Of a stretch of DNA of 53,052 nt, positions 27,296-38,319 are shown piece after piece (position 1 is the stretch's first letter; each line of letters begins with the position of its first letter). The notes under the pieces were generated by a model. It had not been told where the DNA came from. It ran no database searches and saw nothing but the letters and a program-made list of their open reading frames with translations. Source of the DNA: Candidatus Nomurabacteria bacterium (GTDB lineage Bacteria; Patescibacteriota; Minisyncoccia; Phycocordibacterales; UBA9973); assembly GCA_026396065.1 (NCBI GenBank), contig JAPLXO010000010.1, positions 59,058 through 112,109 of the forward strand. Reading direction: 5' to 3'. The position numbers were made by a program, and so were the translations under genes.

Positions 27296-29191
27296 ATGAG
27301 TAATTTATTCAAAACAAAAATCTTTCTTGGAATGATGATTGTTGCAATAATGTTCGTAGGTGTTTTTGCTCTTAATACAGCAAAGGCTACAACAGATTGT
27401 ACAGTCGTAGCTACAATGAATATCGGTTCTAGAGGAGCAAGTGTTACTTGTCTTCAAAACAAACTTGGAATGACACAAGTAACTGGTTATTACGGTTCTA
27501 TTACAAAGGCAGCTGTTACTGCTTACCAAGCAGCACACAGTCTTCCTACAGTAGGAATCGTAGGACCACTTACAGCAGCTTCATTAAACGCTAACACAAC
27601 TACAACTACAACTACAACTACAACTACAGGTGCGCTTTGTCCAAATGGCAACTTGCTATCAAACAACTGTGCAGCTTCTACTACTACAACAACTACAGTA
27701 GCACTTTGTCCAAATGGAATGACATTGGCAAGTAACTGTATGACTGGTGCAGGTACAGTAAGTACAAGTGGTGAAGGTGCAGTAACAGTAACTTTTGATG
27801 CTACTCCTATAAACTCTACTACTGTTAACAGAGGAGAGAATAAGGCAGTTATGGGTATCAAAGTAAAAGCTACTGGTTCTGATATGAAAGTAACTCGTCT
27901 TTGGTTAGACATCGGCACTCGTGTCTGGTTGTCTGCTGATTCTGTTACTTTGATGGATGGATCAACAGTTCTTGCTACTCTTCCATTGACATCTTCTACA
28001 GTTACTGAAGTTACTGTAGGTTCTGCATGGAGATTAGAATTCAACGGTCTAAACGTTACTGTTCCAAAAGATACTACAAAAGTATTGACAGTAAAGGTTG
28101 GACGTCCAACAGCTACAGTAGCTGATACAGATGTTGTTGTTGCAACAACAAGTTCACTACGTGCTGTTGATATGGCTGGTATTACAGATACATACACATT
28201 TTCTGCTCTAGGAACTCGTACTTGGGATCTTGCTGCTTCTAACGCTGCACAAGGTACACTTACAGCTACTTTGAGTTCAACTTCACCAGTAGCTCAATCA
28301 GTTTCTGGCCTTAGTGCTACAGCTGGTACTACAACAGATGTTAAGCTTATGGATTTCGATCTTAAAGCAACAGATGGAGCTATCAATGTTACTGACATCT
28401 CTGGTTTAATTACTACAGACGCTGGTACATGTACACAAGCACAATGTTTATCAACAGTTGAACTTCGTGATGGTACAACCGTCCTTGATTCAGTTGTTGG
28501 TGCTTCTACTTTTGACTTCGCTGAACAAGATATTACTATTGCTGCTGGTGCGACAAAGACATTGTCAATCTGGGCTAAAGTAAATCATGTTGCTGGTTCA
28601 TTCGTAGTTGCTGGTGATGCTCTTCACGCTGTTATAAACAACGTGGACGGTACAACTGGTACTAGTTACACTGATGCAAGTATTACTCCTACAGTTACAG
28701 GAAACGCACAATACTTCTTCCGTTACGCTCCTACTATTACAGTAGCAGCTGGAACTATTGGAACTAGAGTATCAGATGGTACTTCTACAACTCCAAACTT
28801 CGGAGGTGATTACAGTTTAGTATTTACAGTTGCTGCTCCGTCAACTAGTGATATTTTTGTTAAGACTCCAGCATTTGCTGTCGGTCAACCAACAGTACCT
28901 ACTAAGACTACAGTAGCATTAGGAGGAGTTCTTACAAATTCTACAGCTGTATCAGGAGCAACTCTAAAAGGTTCAACTCTTACAACTTGGGATAAGATTC
29001 CTGCTGGTCAATCTAGAACATTCACTATCACTTCTAACATTCCACATGGTGGAACTGCTGGATATGTAGGTGTTACTCTAGCTACAAATGGTATTAACTG
29101 GTCATCATCTGAATCAGATAGTACAGGTACTACACAAACTTGGGGTCTTTCAGAAATAAAGACAAATACTGTTCTAGTAACAGCTAACTAA
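27296..29191 (+). CDS. Secreted Thr-rich surface (S-layer-like) protein with peptidoglycan-binding domain
   Basis: Signal peptide, PG-binding motifs (GYYGSITKAAV, GIVGPLT), poly-Thr linkers, beta-rich body and strongly biased codons. Confidence 0.8.
   Translation: MSNLFKTKIFLGMMIVAIMFVGVFALNTAKATTDCTVVATMNIGSRGASVTCLQNKLGMTQVTGYYGSITKAAVTAYQAAHSLPTVGIVGPLTAASLNANTTTTTTTTTTTGALCPNGNLLSNNCAASTTTTTTVALCPNGMTLASNCMTGAGTVSTSGEGAVTVTFDATPINSTTVNRGENKAVMGIKVKATGSDMKVTRLWLDIGTRVWLSADSVTLMDGSTVLATLPLTSSTVTEVTVGSAWRLEFNGLNVTVPKDTTKVLTVKVGRPTATVADTDVVVATTSSLRAVDMAGITDTYTFSALGTRTWDLAASNAAQGTLTATLSSTSPVAQSVSGLSATAGTTTDVKLMDFDLKATDGAINVTDISGLITTDAGTCTQAQCLSTVELRDGTTVLDSVVGASTFDFAEQDITIAAGATKTLSIWAKVNHVAGSFVVAGDALHAVINNVDGTTGTSYTDASITPTVTGNAQYFFRYAPTITVAAGTIGTRVSDGTSTTPNFGGDYSLVFTVAAPSTSDIFVKTPAFAVGQPTVPTKTTVALGGVLTNSTAVSGATLKGSTLTTWDKIPAGQSRTFTITSNIPHGGTAGYVGVTLATNGINWSSSESDSTGTTQTWGLSEIKTNTVLVTAN
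27596..27628 (+). repeat. ACAACT tandem repeat (5.5 copies) encoding poly-Thr
   Basis: Read directly from the sequence. Confidence 0.85.
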
Positions 29192-29229
29192 CCCAATAAT
29201 TCTGGTCTAATACGCCTTAAAAAGTATTC

Positions 29230-29260
29230 AAAAAACCACTCCCGAAAGGGGTGGTTTTTT
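29230..29260 (+). terminator. Intrinsic terminator
   Basis: AAAAAACCACTCC-CGAAA-GGGGTGGTTTTTT. Confidence 0.85.
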
Positions 29261-29298
29261 GTTTTTATTTTTTTATATTAATGTATAATATGTATTAT

Positions 29299-31317
29299 AT
29301 GAATAAATATATTAATAATATATTAAATTATTTTAGTTACTTTTTAGTATTTCTTTTGCCAATTTTTTATATTGGTCACACATTTGTTCCGTATATTAGC
29401 TCAAGAACTTTTCTATTTTATGGTTTTGTAGAAATTATGACAGCTTTTTGGATTTATGCTCTAGTTACAGATCCATCATATAGATTAAGTAAAAAAACAT
29501 TATTATATTTTTTACCAGTATTTTCTTTTGTATTTTGGATGATTATTTCAGGAATGTTAGCAATTAGCCCAATGCTTTCATTTTGGTCGTCAATAACTAG
29601 AGGGACAGGATTACTCACTTTATTCCACTGTGTATCACTTTCTTTAATAATTACATCTTTAATAAAACATAGTGGATTTCAGTATCTTTATAGATTAATG
29701 CACTGGTTTATTAATGGTGGTGTTATTTTAGCTATTTCTATTTGGCTTAGTGCTATATTTAATATCTTTCAAGACAGTGTAGGAGGTGGTTTAATTGGTA
29801 ACTCTTCTTTTGCAGGAGCGTATTTACTTTTTGTTATAGCTTTTATTTTGTTTCTTTTTGTATCTAAAACTAATAATAAAAAAGAAAAGATGTGGCTTGG
29901 AATTAAGACTGCAATTATATTATTTTCACCAGTTTTTATAAATATTTATGGATTATTTACTGGAAGTGGAATCTTGGGTACTGCTCGTGGAGCAATTATT
30001 GGAGTCATTGTAGGTTTGATTACTGCTTTTGTATTTTATTTACTACTTTCTGTTAAGAAGCGTATTCGTATTTTTGCAATTATATTAATTATTCTTGGTG
30101 GAATAATTTTTTCTATTGGTTGGTCAAAACTAATGAATCCAAATACAGTATTACATAAATCATTTGTGCAAGTTGCTGGTGGTGCAAGATTTATTTTTAT
30201 GGATGTAGCACAAACCTCGATGGATAAGCATCCATATTTTGGTTATGGTCCAGAGAATTATCCAATTGCATTTCAAGAAAATTTTAATCCAAAAATATTA
30301 CTTCCAGAATATCATGGTGAAGTTTGGTCAGATCGTTCACATAATATATATTATGATATTGGTGTATCTGGTGGTTATCCTGCTATATTTCTATATATAT
30401 TATTTATTTTATCTATAATATATGGTCTTTATAATTTGAAAAATAAAGAGATATTTAGTCGTACACAAATTTCTATTTTAGCTGGTTTAGTCGTTGGATA
30501 TATCTTTCAAAATTTATTTGTTTTCGACTCATTAGTATCATTGATGGGGTTGTTTATTTTAGCTAGTATTATTTTTGAATCTCAAGATTATTTAATTAAA
30601 CAACAAAAAGACATTTCTTTCCAAGTTGGTGATTTTGTTAAGAATATTACTATAATTGTTTTAATTATATGTTGCTCTACTTCTTTGATATTTTTTGTTT
30701 TTATGCCATTAAAAAAAGTATCTAATTATTACAGAATTGTACAAATGCCTATAGACATTCGTGTTAAACATTACAATGATTTATTGAATGGGTCATCAAT
30801 AGGGAATCAACTAGATGTAAGTGAAATATCTGATGCAATGTATAATCTTTATAATGCCAATTTAGTTGATATAAAAAATGACCCTAAATTGTTACTAGAT
30901 GTTGAAAGTGATATAAAAGGATTAATTGTCTACCTTGAAAGAAGTAGAGAAAAAAATAAATTTATAGATGTTAGATTAAATACAGGTATTGTTTTTTTAT
31001 ATAATACACTTCATTTCTTAAATGAAGAACCTTACGACCCAGTTACAGGAGATCATTTATTTAATCTTTTAGACAATACAAAAACATTCTCACCTAAAAA
31101 TCCAGAAATTTATTGGGCAATGGCTCAGATATATTATTGGAAGAAAGACTCTTATGGAATGATAGATTCTTACAAAAAAGTGATTGATATAGAGCCAGGT
31201 ATTCCTGAGTCATATAACTTTTTACTTAGACTAGCAAAGATTACACAAGATAGTAAATTGTATAATGAATTCTTAGAGAAGGCCAAAATTCATATTCCAG
31301 ATTTTGTTCCGAATTAA
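29299..31317 (+). CDS. O-antigen ligase / O-oligosaccharyltransferase-like protein with TPR-like C-terminus
   Basis: About 12 TM helices, GNSSF, ARGA, GYGPENY and DRSHN (Wzy_C-type motifs). Start codon uncertain (29281, 29290 or 29299). Confidence 0.82.
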   Translation: MNKYINNILNYFSYFLVFLLPIFYIGHTFVPYISSRTFLFYGFVEIMTAFWIYALVTDPSYRLSKKTLLYFLPVFSFVFWMIISGMLAISPMLSFWSSITRGTGLLTLFHCVSLSLIITSLIKHSGFQYLYRLMHWFINGGVILAISIWLSAIFNIFQDSVGGGLIGNSSFAGAYLLFVIAFILFLFVSKTNNKKEKMWLGIKTAIILFSPVFINIYGLFTGSGILGTARGAIIGVIVGLITAFVFYLLLSVKKRIRIFAIILIILGGIIFSIGWSKLMNPNTVLHKSFVQVAGGARFIFMDVAQTSMDKHPYFGYGPENYPIAFQENFNPKILLPEYHGEVWSDRSHNIYYDIGVSGGYPAIFLYILFILSIIYGLYNLKNKEIFSRTQISILAGLVVGYIFQNLFVFDSLVSLMGLFILASIIFESQDYLIKQQKDISFQVGDFVKNITIIVLIICCSTSLIFFVFMPLKKVSNYYRIVQMPIDIRVKHYNDLLNGSSIGNQLDVSEISDAMYNLYNANLVDIKNDPKLLLDVESDIKGLIVYLERSREKNKFIDVRLNTGIVFLYNTLHFLNEEPYDPVTGDHLFNLLDNTKTFSPKNPEIYWAMAQIYYWKKDSYGMIDSYKKVIDIEPGIPESYNFLLRLAKITQDSKLYNEFLEKAKIHIPDFVPN

Positions 31318-31338
31318 TATATATTGTTGTTAAATAAA

Positions 31339-33411
31339 ATGAAAAAAGTATTAAAAATATGTTTATTAGCACTTGCGTTTACCCCTGTTATAACAGATAA
31401 CTCTATTTTTTATGCTTCCAATAGCACAGAAAGTATTTTTCTTAGGTCAATTATCCTTCTAGTTAGTGTTCTTTTTTTGTTCAACTTTTTTTATAAAAAA
31501 AGTTTTAAAGATGAAATAATTCAAAAAGTTAATAAATATATTAAAGACCCTATTAGTATTTCTATTATTTTTTTTATTTGTACTTTAATCATAAGTACAA
31601 TTTTTGCAGTAGATAAATATAGTGCTTTTTGGGGTACAGTAGAAAGGTCTGAAGGGCTAATAGGCATAATCTATATTTTTTCTTTTTTTGTTTTTAGTTT
31701 ACTTATTTTTGAAAAAGAAGATTGGATTTGGTTTTTCAAGTTAAGTTTGTTTGCTTCTTTGATTTTAATCTTTAAAGAATTTTTTGATATATTTGGTGGA
31801 ATTGGTAAAAGAGGTTCTTTTTTGGGTAATTCTGCATTTCTATCTGGATATTTATTGTTTGCAATCTTTTCTTCCATTATTGTTTTTAGTGAAATAAAAA
31901 AGAATTTTTGGAGATATTTTTCTTCTATTATTTTTATTTTATCTATTTTATCTATTTTTATTATGGAGACGAGAGGAACAATTGTGGCTTTGGCGATTTC
32001 TTTTGTTTTTTTACTAATCTTTTTTATTATAAAAGGTAAAAATATTTCGTACAAGAAATTAAATTTACGGATCATAGCAATTATTACTTTATGTTTAATT
32101 ATTGTTTTTTCAATTTTCTTTATTTCCACAAGAAAAAGTGAGATATGGCAAAAGGTTCCAGGACTATCTAGATTGGCTGTTATAGGCCGTAATAACGCCT
32201 CTACAGAGACTAGATTGATTATGGTAGGGGTAAGTATGAATGCTGTTAATCCTATACAAAATGGCTGGAAGAAGTTTTTAATAGGCTGGGGACCAGAAAA
32301 TTTTCGACTTGCTTATGGACAATATTTCAACCCACAGCAGTTTAATTATGAAGTTGGTTGGTTTGATAGGGCACATAATAAACTTCTAGACCTATTGGTT
32401 ATGAATGGTTTATTTGGGCTTTTAGCATATTTATCTATATATTTCTTTTTATTTAATACAATATTAAAAAGAATTAATAATAAAAAAGAAGACGAATTTT
32501 CTTTAATTAATACAGGTTTACTTTTTTTTGGAATTTCACTGTTCATACATCTTTTATTTATTTTTGATCAAATAACAACATATATTTCCCTTTTCTCTGT
32601 ATTAGCTTTTGGTCTATATTTAAAGTTTTATGATCACGATTCTTTTAATAAAGAATATAAAATATACAAGCTAAGCTATATTTTTATAGCTACATTTTTT
32701 TCAATCTTGATCTTATTTTTAACTTTTGTTTTTTTAAAAAATGATTTGTTTTCTTATATAGAATTAAAAAGGTATGCAAGTTTAAGAGAGAAGAGTGAAG
32801 TTCCTGTAATGGTAAATAGAATAGGTGAAGTGTTTGAACCATTTACCATTGCCCAAGAAAGAATTCGATATGATTTTTTGTCTTTTGTGATTAAAAATTA
32901 TGATGCAAAAAACGAAGAAATAGTAAAGTTGTCAGACATAGCTATTTCAAAAGGGGAAGATTATATAAATAAAAGACCTGATAACTTACAATTTATTAAT
33001 TTATTAGCTTTAACTTATACAAATCAGGGACATAAAATAGAAAATTTTGAATTCTTAAAAAGAGGAGAAGGTTATTTCAATAAAATTCTTTTAATCGCAC
33101 CAAATAAACAAGATTTTAATTATGGATTAGCTTTAAATTATCTTTATCAAAAAAGATTTAATGAATCTTTTGTTAAGTTTGAAAATATCTTTGATGTAAA
33201 TCCAAAATATTTCTCACAAGAGGGTGGTGGACCTGAAGGAATCTATACTCTTTTTATAAAACATTTTTATGAAGTAAGAGATAAAGATAATTTTATTAAA
33301 ACAACTAAAAGATTAAAAGATAATAATTATTTTGATTCAAATAAATTAGATCAGATTCTTAACTTAATACAAAAGTATAATGTTTGGCCAAACATTAACT
33401 TTAAACAATAA
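31339..33411 (+). CDS. Second O-antigen ligase / O-oligosaccharyltransferase-like protein
   Basis: FLGNSAF, TRGT, GWGPENF and FDRAHN motifs. Confidence 0.82.
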   Translation: MKKVLKICLLALAFTPVITDNSIFYASNSTESIFLRSIILLVSVLFLFNFFYKKSFKDEIIQKVNKYIKDPISISIIFFICTLIISTIFAVDKYSAFWGTVERSEGLIGIIYIFSFFVFSLLIFEKEDWIWFFKLSLFASLILIFKEFFDIFGGIGKRGSFLGNSAFLSGYLLFAIFSSIIVFSEIKKNFWRYFSSIIFILSILSIFIMETRGTIVALAISFVFLLIFFIIKGKNISYKKLNLRIIAIITLCLIIVFSIFFISTRKSEIWQKVPGLSRLAVIGRNNASTETRLIMVGVSMNAVNPIQNGWKKFLIGWGPENFRLAYGQYFNPQQFNYEVGWFDRAHNKLLDLLVMNGLFGLLAYLSIYFFLFNTILKRINNKKEDEFSLINTGLLFFGISLFIHLLFIFDQITTYISLFSVLAFGLYLKFYDHDSFNKEYKIYKLSYIFIATFFSILILFLTFVFLKNDLFSYIELKRYASLREKSEVPVMVNRIGEVFEPFTIAQERIRYDFLSFVIKNYDAKNEEIVKLSDIAISKGEDYINKRPDNLQFINLLALTYTNQGHKIENFEFLKRGEGYFNKILLIAPNKQDFNYGLALNYLYQKRFNESFVKFENIFDVNPKYFSQEGGGPEGIYTLFIKHFYEVRDKDNFIKTTKRLKDNNYFDSNKLDQILNLIQKYNVWPNINFKQ

Positions 33412-33555
33412 TATTTATTAATTATTATTTGATTACAAAAAAGTGTATAGTAAATAAAATTTATGTTTTTATGATATAAATCGGTGTTAAGCTGATTCAA
33501 AAATTGATTAATTCATATTTATGGTGTATTATTATGTACAGTTTCAAAAGAATTT

Positions 33556-34410
33556 ATGAAAAATAAAGTAGAAAAAATCAAATGGATTTATAGAGAAGAA
33601 GGATTGAGATCAGTCATATCCTATAGTGCCAACTTTGTACTTGCAAAAATGGGATGGTTTCGTGATCAATGGATATTTGGGAGATTGGTGGAAATCTTTG
33701 GCAATAAAGTCCACTTAAATGGATGCACTTTTAGTGTAGACAGCCCTTTTATTTTAACTGTATTTAAATGTCGTTTTATTTTAGGTAGATATGAAACAAA
33801 AGAAAGACAAACTGTAGTACGTTTTTTAGATCCTTCTTTACCTGTTGTTGAGTTGGGTTCATCTATTGGTATAGTCTCCTGTATAACAAACAAAAAGCTA
33901 ATAAACCCTAAAAATCATGTAGTAGTTGAAGCAAATCCAAACCTAATTTCTTTATTGAAAACTAATCGTGATTTAAATAATTGTCAGTTTAAAATAATAA
34001 ACAAAGCATCAGGTTACGGAAGCAAAGAGGTAATTTTTTATCAACATGATAGATTTACAAGTGGAGGGTTACAAAGACCGACCAACAAGCCTATATCAGT
34101 AGAGTCAATTAGTTTAGAAGAAATTTTAACTGATAATAATTTTGAATATTCTAATCTTATTTGTGATATTGAGGGTGGAGAAATAGATTTGATTGCACAT
34201 GAAAAAGATTTTATAGCAAAAAGGATTTATCAAATTATTTTTGATTTACATCCTTCAATAGTCGGTGAAGAAAAAATACATTTAATGTGTGAAGAACTAA
34301 AAGCTGCTGGTTTTAATCAGATAAAGACATATATTTATGGTGGTGTAACTTACGGTGATGTTTTATTGTTTGAAAATAGTAATATTAAAAAAATATTACA
34401 TAAAAAATGA
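33556..34410 (+). CDS. FkbM family methyltransferase
   Basis: VVELGSSIG, VEANP and CDIEGGE motifs. Confidence 0.88.
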   Translation: MKNKVEKIKWIYREEGLRSVISYSANFVLAKMGWFRDQWIFGRLVEIFGNKVHLNGCTFSVDSPFILTVFKCRFILGRYETKERQTVVRFLDPSLPVVELGSSIGIVSCITNKKLINPKNHVVVEANPNLISLLKTNRDLNNCQFKIINKASGYGSKEVIFYQHDRFTSGGLQRPTNKPISVESISLEEILTDNNFEYSNLICDIEGGEIDLIAHEKDFIAKRIYQIIFDLHPSIVGEEKIHLMCEELKAAGFNQIKTYIYGGVTYGDVLLFENSNIKKILHKK

Positions 34411-34416
34411 TTTTCT

Positions 34417-35712
34417 ATGGTAGATAAAAACTATTTTTTAAAGTCTAAAATTAAAAATTTTTTAAGGAAAACAGAAAAATATACTAAAACTGATATGGTT
34501 TATATTGCCCAAGGAGGATTTTGGACATTATTTAGTCAAGTTATTGGTAGTCTGTCTTCTTTTGCAGTGGTTGTAATTTTGGCAAATATATTAACGAAAG
34601 AAGATTTTGGTCAATACCGCTTTGTTATTTCAATAGTTTCCATACTTATAATTTTTACTTTACCAGGTTTAAGCACTTCTATTACAAGATCTGTTGCCAG
34701 GAAACAAATTATTGATTTTAGTAAAATCATAAAAGCCAAAATTTATTGGGGTTTTATTGGATCACTTGCGACTCTTTTGGTAGCAGGATATTATTTTTAT
34801 AATAGTAATATAGAAATAACTTATGCATTAATATTGTCAGCATTATTTTTACCTTTTATTGAACCGTTTGCTATTTATTCAGCTTATTTTAAAGGTAAAC
34901 AGGATTTTAAAACTACAGCAATATATGAATCAATTTCTAGAGTATTTCAAGCACTGGTTATTATAGCTATTGCTCTTATTACACATAGTATATTAGCTTT
35001 ACTTTCTGCTTATTTCATTGGGCAAATAATCGCGCGTTTATTTTTTTACAGAAAGACATTAAAGGATGAAAAAACACAAAATATAGAAAAAGTTATTCTT
35101 GAAAATAAGTCTGATGATACCATTAAATATGGTAAGCATTTATCAGCAACACAAATAATAAATACTATTACAGCTAACATAGACAAATTACTTGTTTGGC
35201 ATTTTCTTGGGGCAGAGATTCTAGCTATTTATTATATTGCTCTTACAATACCCAAAAATATTGTATTACTATGTAATATTATACCCAGAATTGCACTCCC
35301 AAAATTTTCTCAAAATACATGGGATCAAGAAGAGCGAACAAAAGTTATTAAAAAATTATTTAAATTTTTCTATATACTTATAATACCAGCCCTAATGTAT
35401 TTCTTTTTGGTACCATTTGTTTTACCATTTATATTTAAGAATTACAGCACTTCAGTTTCAATTGCAATTATACTATCATTCTTAATTATTTTAGCTCCAA
35501 TGAATACAATGATAGGTCAAATTCTTCAGTCTATGAAATCTATTAAAAAAATAATTTGTTTACAAATTATTTCCCTGATTACTTTTATAGCCACATTCTT
35601 TATATTATATATAGTCTTTGGAGCTAGCCCTGTAGTTGCAGCAACAGCACTTGTTGCAAGTGAAGCAAGTGCTGTTCTTGTTGGTGTCTTTTTAATAAAA
35701 AAAGAATTATAA
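34417..35712 (+). CDS. Wzx-like oligosaccharide flippase
   Basis: About 12 TM helices, LTKEDFGQY and IDKLLV..LG..LAIY motifs. Confidence 0.88.
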   Translation: MVDKNYFLKSKIKNFLRKTEKYTKTDMVYIAQGGFWTLFSQVIGSLSSFAVVVILANILTKEDFGQYRFVISIVSILIIFTLPGLSTSITRSVARKQIIDFSKIIKAKIYWGFIGSLATLLVAGYYFYNSNIEITYALILSALFLPFIEPFAIYSAYFKGKQDFKTTAIYESISRVFQALVIIAIALITHSILALLSAYFIGQIIARLFFYRKTLKDEKTQNIEKVILENKSDDTIKYGKHLSATQIINTITANIDKLLVWHFLGAEILAIYYIALTIPKNIVLLCNIIPRIALPKFSQNTWDQEERTKVIKKLFKFFYILIIPALMYFFLVPFVLPFIFKNYSTSVSIAIILSFLIILAPMNTMIGQILQSMKSIKKIICLQIISLITFIATFFILYIVFGASPVVAATALVASEASAVLVGVFLIKKEL

Positions 35713-36780
35713 AGTTTTATATAAATCATTAATTATTTTTAAAAATGAATTTAAATAAGCCTGACTTGTGTAATTAATCGCAATTTCTTTTGAGATTTTT
35801 GATCCATTTTTTAATAAATCTTCAGATAAATTTTCAAAATAGAAAAATGTTTTTTGTAATTCTACAGCATCAATATTTTCAAGGGTGATACCATTAATAT
35901 TACTTTGCACAATATCAAAACTTGCACCAACTTTTTTTGATGTTATAAGCTGCATTCCGCACGCTGCGGCCTCACATACCACAGTGCCCCAGTTATCATC
36001 TCGACTTGGTAGTACCAATACCTTTGCTCTATTCATCTTGTCTGTAATTTTTTCTGGTTGATCAAAATCTTCAAGTATAATTCCATCTCCATGGCAGATA
36101 CTTTGTAATGGTCCACTTCCTACAATTCTTATGTTCCAAGTTCCACCTGCATTTCGATAGCTTCTAAAAGCTTGTAATAATAAATCAACGGATTTTCGAT
36201 GTATAAGTTGTCCAACAAACAAAAATTCATTATTTCTTTTTTCAATTGGAGTAGTCTCTTTAAATATACCTTCATATGCACCATATAAACCAGTATAAAT
36301 TCTATTTTCTTTCATTCCTAAAAATTTCATTAATTTCTTGCCTTGTTTACCTGGTACAAGGGCACCATCAAAAAATTTTCTTAAATAGATTCTGAACCAT
36401 AATGCTCCAAAGTATTGTCGTAAATCTCCTCTATATCTATTGTCTACTTGAACAATTGTTTTAGCATTGCAATGTTTTTTCATATAGCGGTCATATTTGA
36501 GCCACCCACTATATTTCCAACCTGTATGTATTATTAGATTTCTATAGCCAAATTCATCTTTCCTATTCCAAATATCATTTGCATTATCAAGCCAAATAAT
36601 ATTATGACCTAAAATCTTTTCTAGGTTCTCATAAGGAACTTTTGATTTTGTTGCAACAACGACAATATCATCTTTATATTTTTCTACTACTTTTTTTATT
36701 AGAAGTCCACAAGCAGGGAATCCATCCCAAAAAAGCAGTATTCTAATATTAGGAATATTTTTTATATTCAAATCGTTCAT
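35707..36780 (-). CDS. GT4 family glycosyltransferase
   Basis: FVGQLIHRK and LPSRDDNWGTVVCEAAACG motifs. Confidence 0.88.
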   Translation of the reverse strand: MNDLNIKNIPNIRILLFWDGFPACGLLIKKVVEKYKDDIVVVATKSKVPYENLEKILGHNIIWLDNANDIWNRKDEFGYRNLIIHTGWKYSGWLKYDRYMKKHCNAKTIVQVDNRYRGDLRQYFGALWFRIYLRKFFDGALVPGKQGKKLMKFLGMKENRIYTGLYGAYEGIFKETTPIEKRNNEFLFVGQLIHRKSVDLLLQAFRSYRNAGGTWNIRIVGSGPLQSICHGDGIILEDFDQPEKITDKMNRAKVLVLPSRDDNWGTVVCEAAACGMQLITSKKVGASFDIVQSNINGITLENIDAVELQKTFFYFENLSEDLLKNGSKISKEIAINYTSQAYLNSFLKIINDLYKTL

Positions 36781-36784
36781 AAAA

Positions 36785-38311
36785 TTATTGTGTTGCCCAC
36801 TTTCCTTTTGCTATATTTATTGCGGTATCAATTATTTTTAAAATAAAAGTAACCCCAAATTTAAATCCTGGTCTATTTATCATTATTTCTGTTTTTGCTG
36901 GTAGTTGAATAATTCGTCTCCATGTAGATTTTCCAATTCTTTTTCCTGCTACAAAATAATTTCCTTTTTCTAGAATTTTAAATTCTGGTAAGTCATCTTC
37001 ATAAGCAATACAATAATTACCCCAAATAATCGAGCCTAAAATTGGCTTCGGCTCTATACCGTTTTTAATTAAATTACCAGCATCTTCTCCAGAATATAAT
37101 TTATGAGCAATATTTAAATTTCCCCATGTAGTATCTCCTATAAGTACGACAGGTTTTCCTGCATACGACGCTTCTACACCGATAAGAGAAGCAAATACCA
37201 CTACTACATCAGCTCTTAGCATTAATGCATAGGTGTCTCTTGAAGACAGAGGTTTTTCCACTTCAACATGAGTATACTTATTTGCAAGGCTCGTATATCT
37301 ACCAATCGTGTCTTCTGCTGTATGTTCTTGATTTGGATGCATTTTTACTATTATTAAATATTCTTCTGGAGGTAGAGCAATTGCTATTTTTTCAATTTCA
37401 GCAACTTGGTCCTCTGGGACATGTCCATCCCATTCCTTGCCGATAAATTTATACTCATCATCTGTAGTAGGGTACACAGTTATAACTTTTTTTGTAGTAT
37501 TTTTAACCCTTTCTGACAAGCTACCTTTTTTTTGTTTTATTGTATAAAGAGGATCACCAGTTTCTTTGTTTGCAAATTTTTTTGCGAAAAAAATCTTAGC
37601 ATTATTTTCTGCCAATTTCTTATCTTTCTCGTAAGAAGCAATAGCCCTTTTTGTATTTCCCGCAATAGAGTGAACGAGCTCATTTACAAAGACTACTTCG
37701 AGGGTTGTTCTTTTTAATTCACTTAGTCCAAATCCAATTTCTGAATCTTTTGTTGCTTGAAGTACTGGTTTTACATCTCCAAATCTACCATTAAACATAA
37801 AAACAAAATCATATTTCTCTTTTTTTATTTCATCGATAAAAAAATTATAAAGTTTTTTTGCGCTTAAAAACATATTATCATACGCGGCAAGCCATTTTTG
37901 GCTTAATTCTTCTTTTGATTGAGCTTTTAGTATTGAAGCAAAAGAAGACATTACTGCCATTTCTAAAATAGATAATATTGTTTTTGAAACGTTAGTAGAT
38001 ATTTTTTCTAAATTTATAATTTTTAATTCTACATCTAACCCCTTTAATGCATCTTTTGCTCTAAACATTTTAAATCGTTCTATTGAACGACGGTTAAATG
38101 GGTTATCCATTGGAGAAGAAAAAGAGCTATCACAAATATATGCTGTAACCTTATTTCCACGTTTTAGTAAATCTCGAACTAATGCCAAATGAAGTTCTAA
38201 TGGAGGAGATATTGATGCCATGTTGAAATAAATAGCTACGTTTCTGTCAATTATTTCATTCTTATCTTTTATATCTTTTGAGTGTTTTGTTTTTGTGTTA
38301 ATTGTAAGCAT
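36785..38311 (-). CDS. Capsule biosynthesis protein (KpsS/KpsC-like GT-B, possible nonulosonate transferase)
   Basis: FNGRF, KMHPN and ASLIGVEA..GKPV motifs. Adjacent to the neu genes. Confidence 0.6.
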   Translation of the reverse strand: MLTINTKTKHSKDIKDKNEIIDRNVAIYFNMASISPPLELHLALVRDLLKRGNKVTAYICDSSFSSPMDNPFNRRSIERFKMFRAKDALKGLDVELKIINLEKISTNVSKTILSILEMAVMSSFASILKAQSKEELSQKWLAAYDNMFLSAKKLYNFFIDEIKKEKYDFVFMFNGRFGDVKPVLQATKDSEIGFGLSELKRTTLEVVFVNELVHSIAGNTKRAIASYEKDKKLAENNAKIFFAKKFANKETGDPLYTIKQKKGSLSERVKNTTKKVITVYPTTDDEYKFIGKEWDGHVPEDQVAEIEKIAIALPPEEYLIIVKMHPNQEHTAEDTIGRYTSLANKYTHVEVEKPLSSRDTYALMLRADVVVVFASLIGVEASYAGKPVVLIGDTTWGNLNIAHKLYSGEDAGNLIKNGIEPKPILGSIIWGNYCIAYEDDLPEFKILEKGNYFVAGKRIGKSTWRRIIQLPAKTEIMINRPGFKFGVTFILKIIDTAINIAKGKWATQ

Positions 38312-38319
38312 ACTTTTTA

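Noticed and set aside
27523-28197. 224 aa antisense ORF
   Set aside because: A by-product of codon bias in the Thr/Val-rich surface gene.
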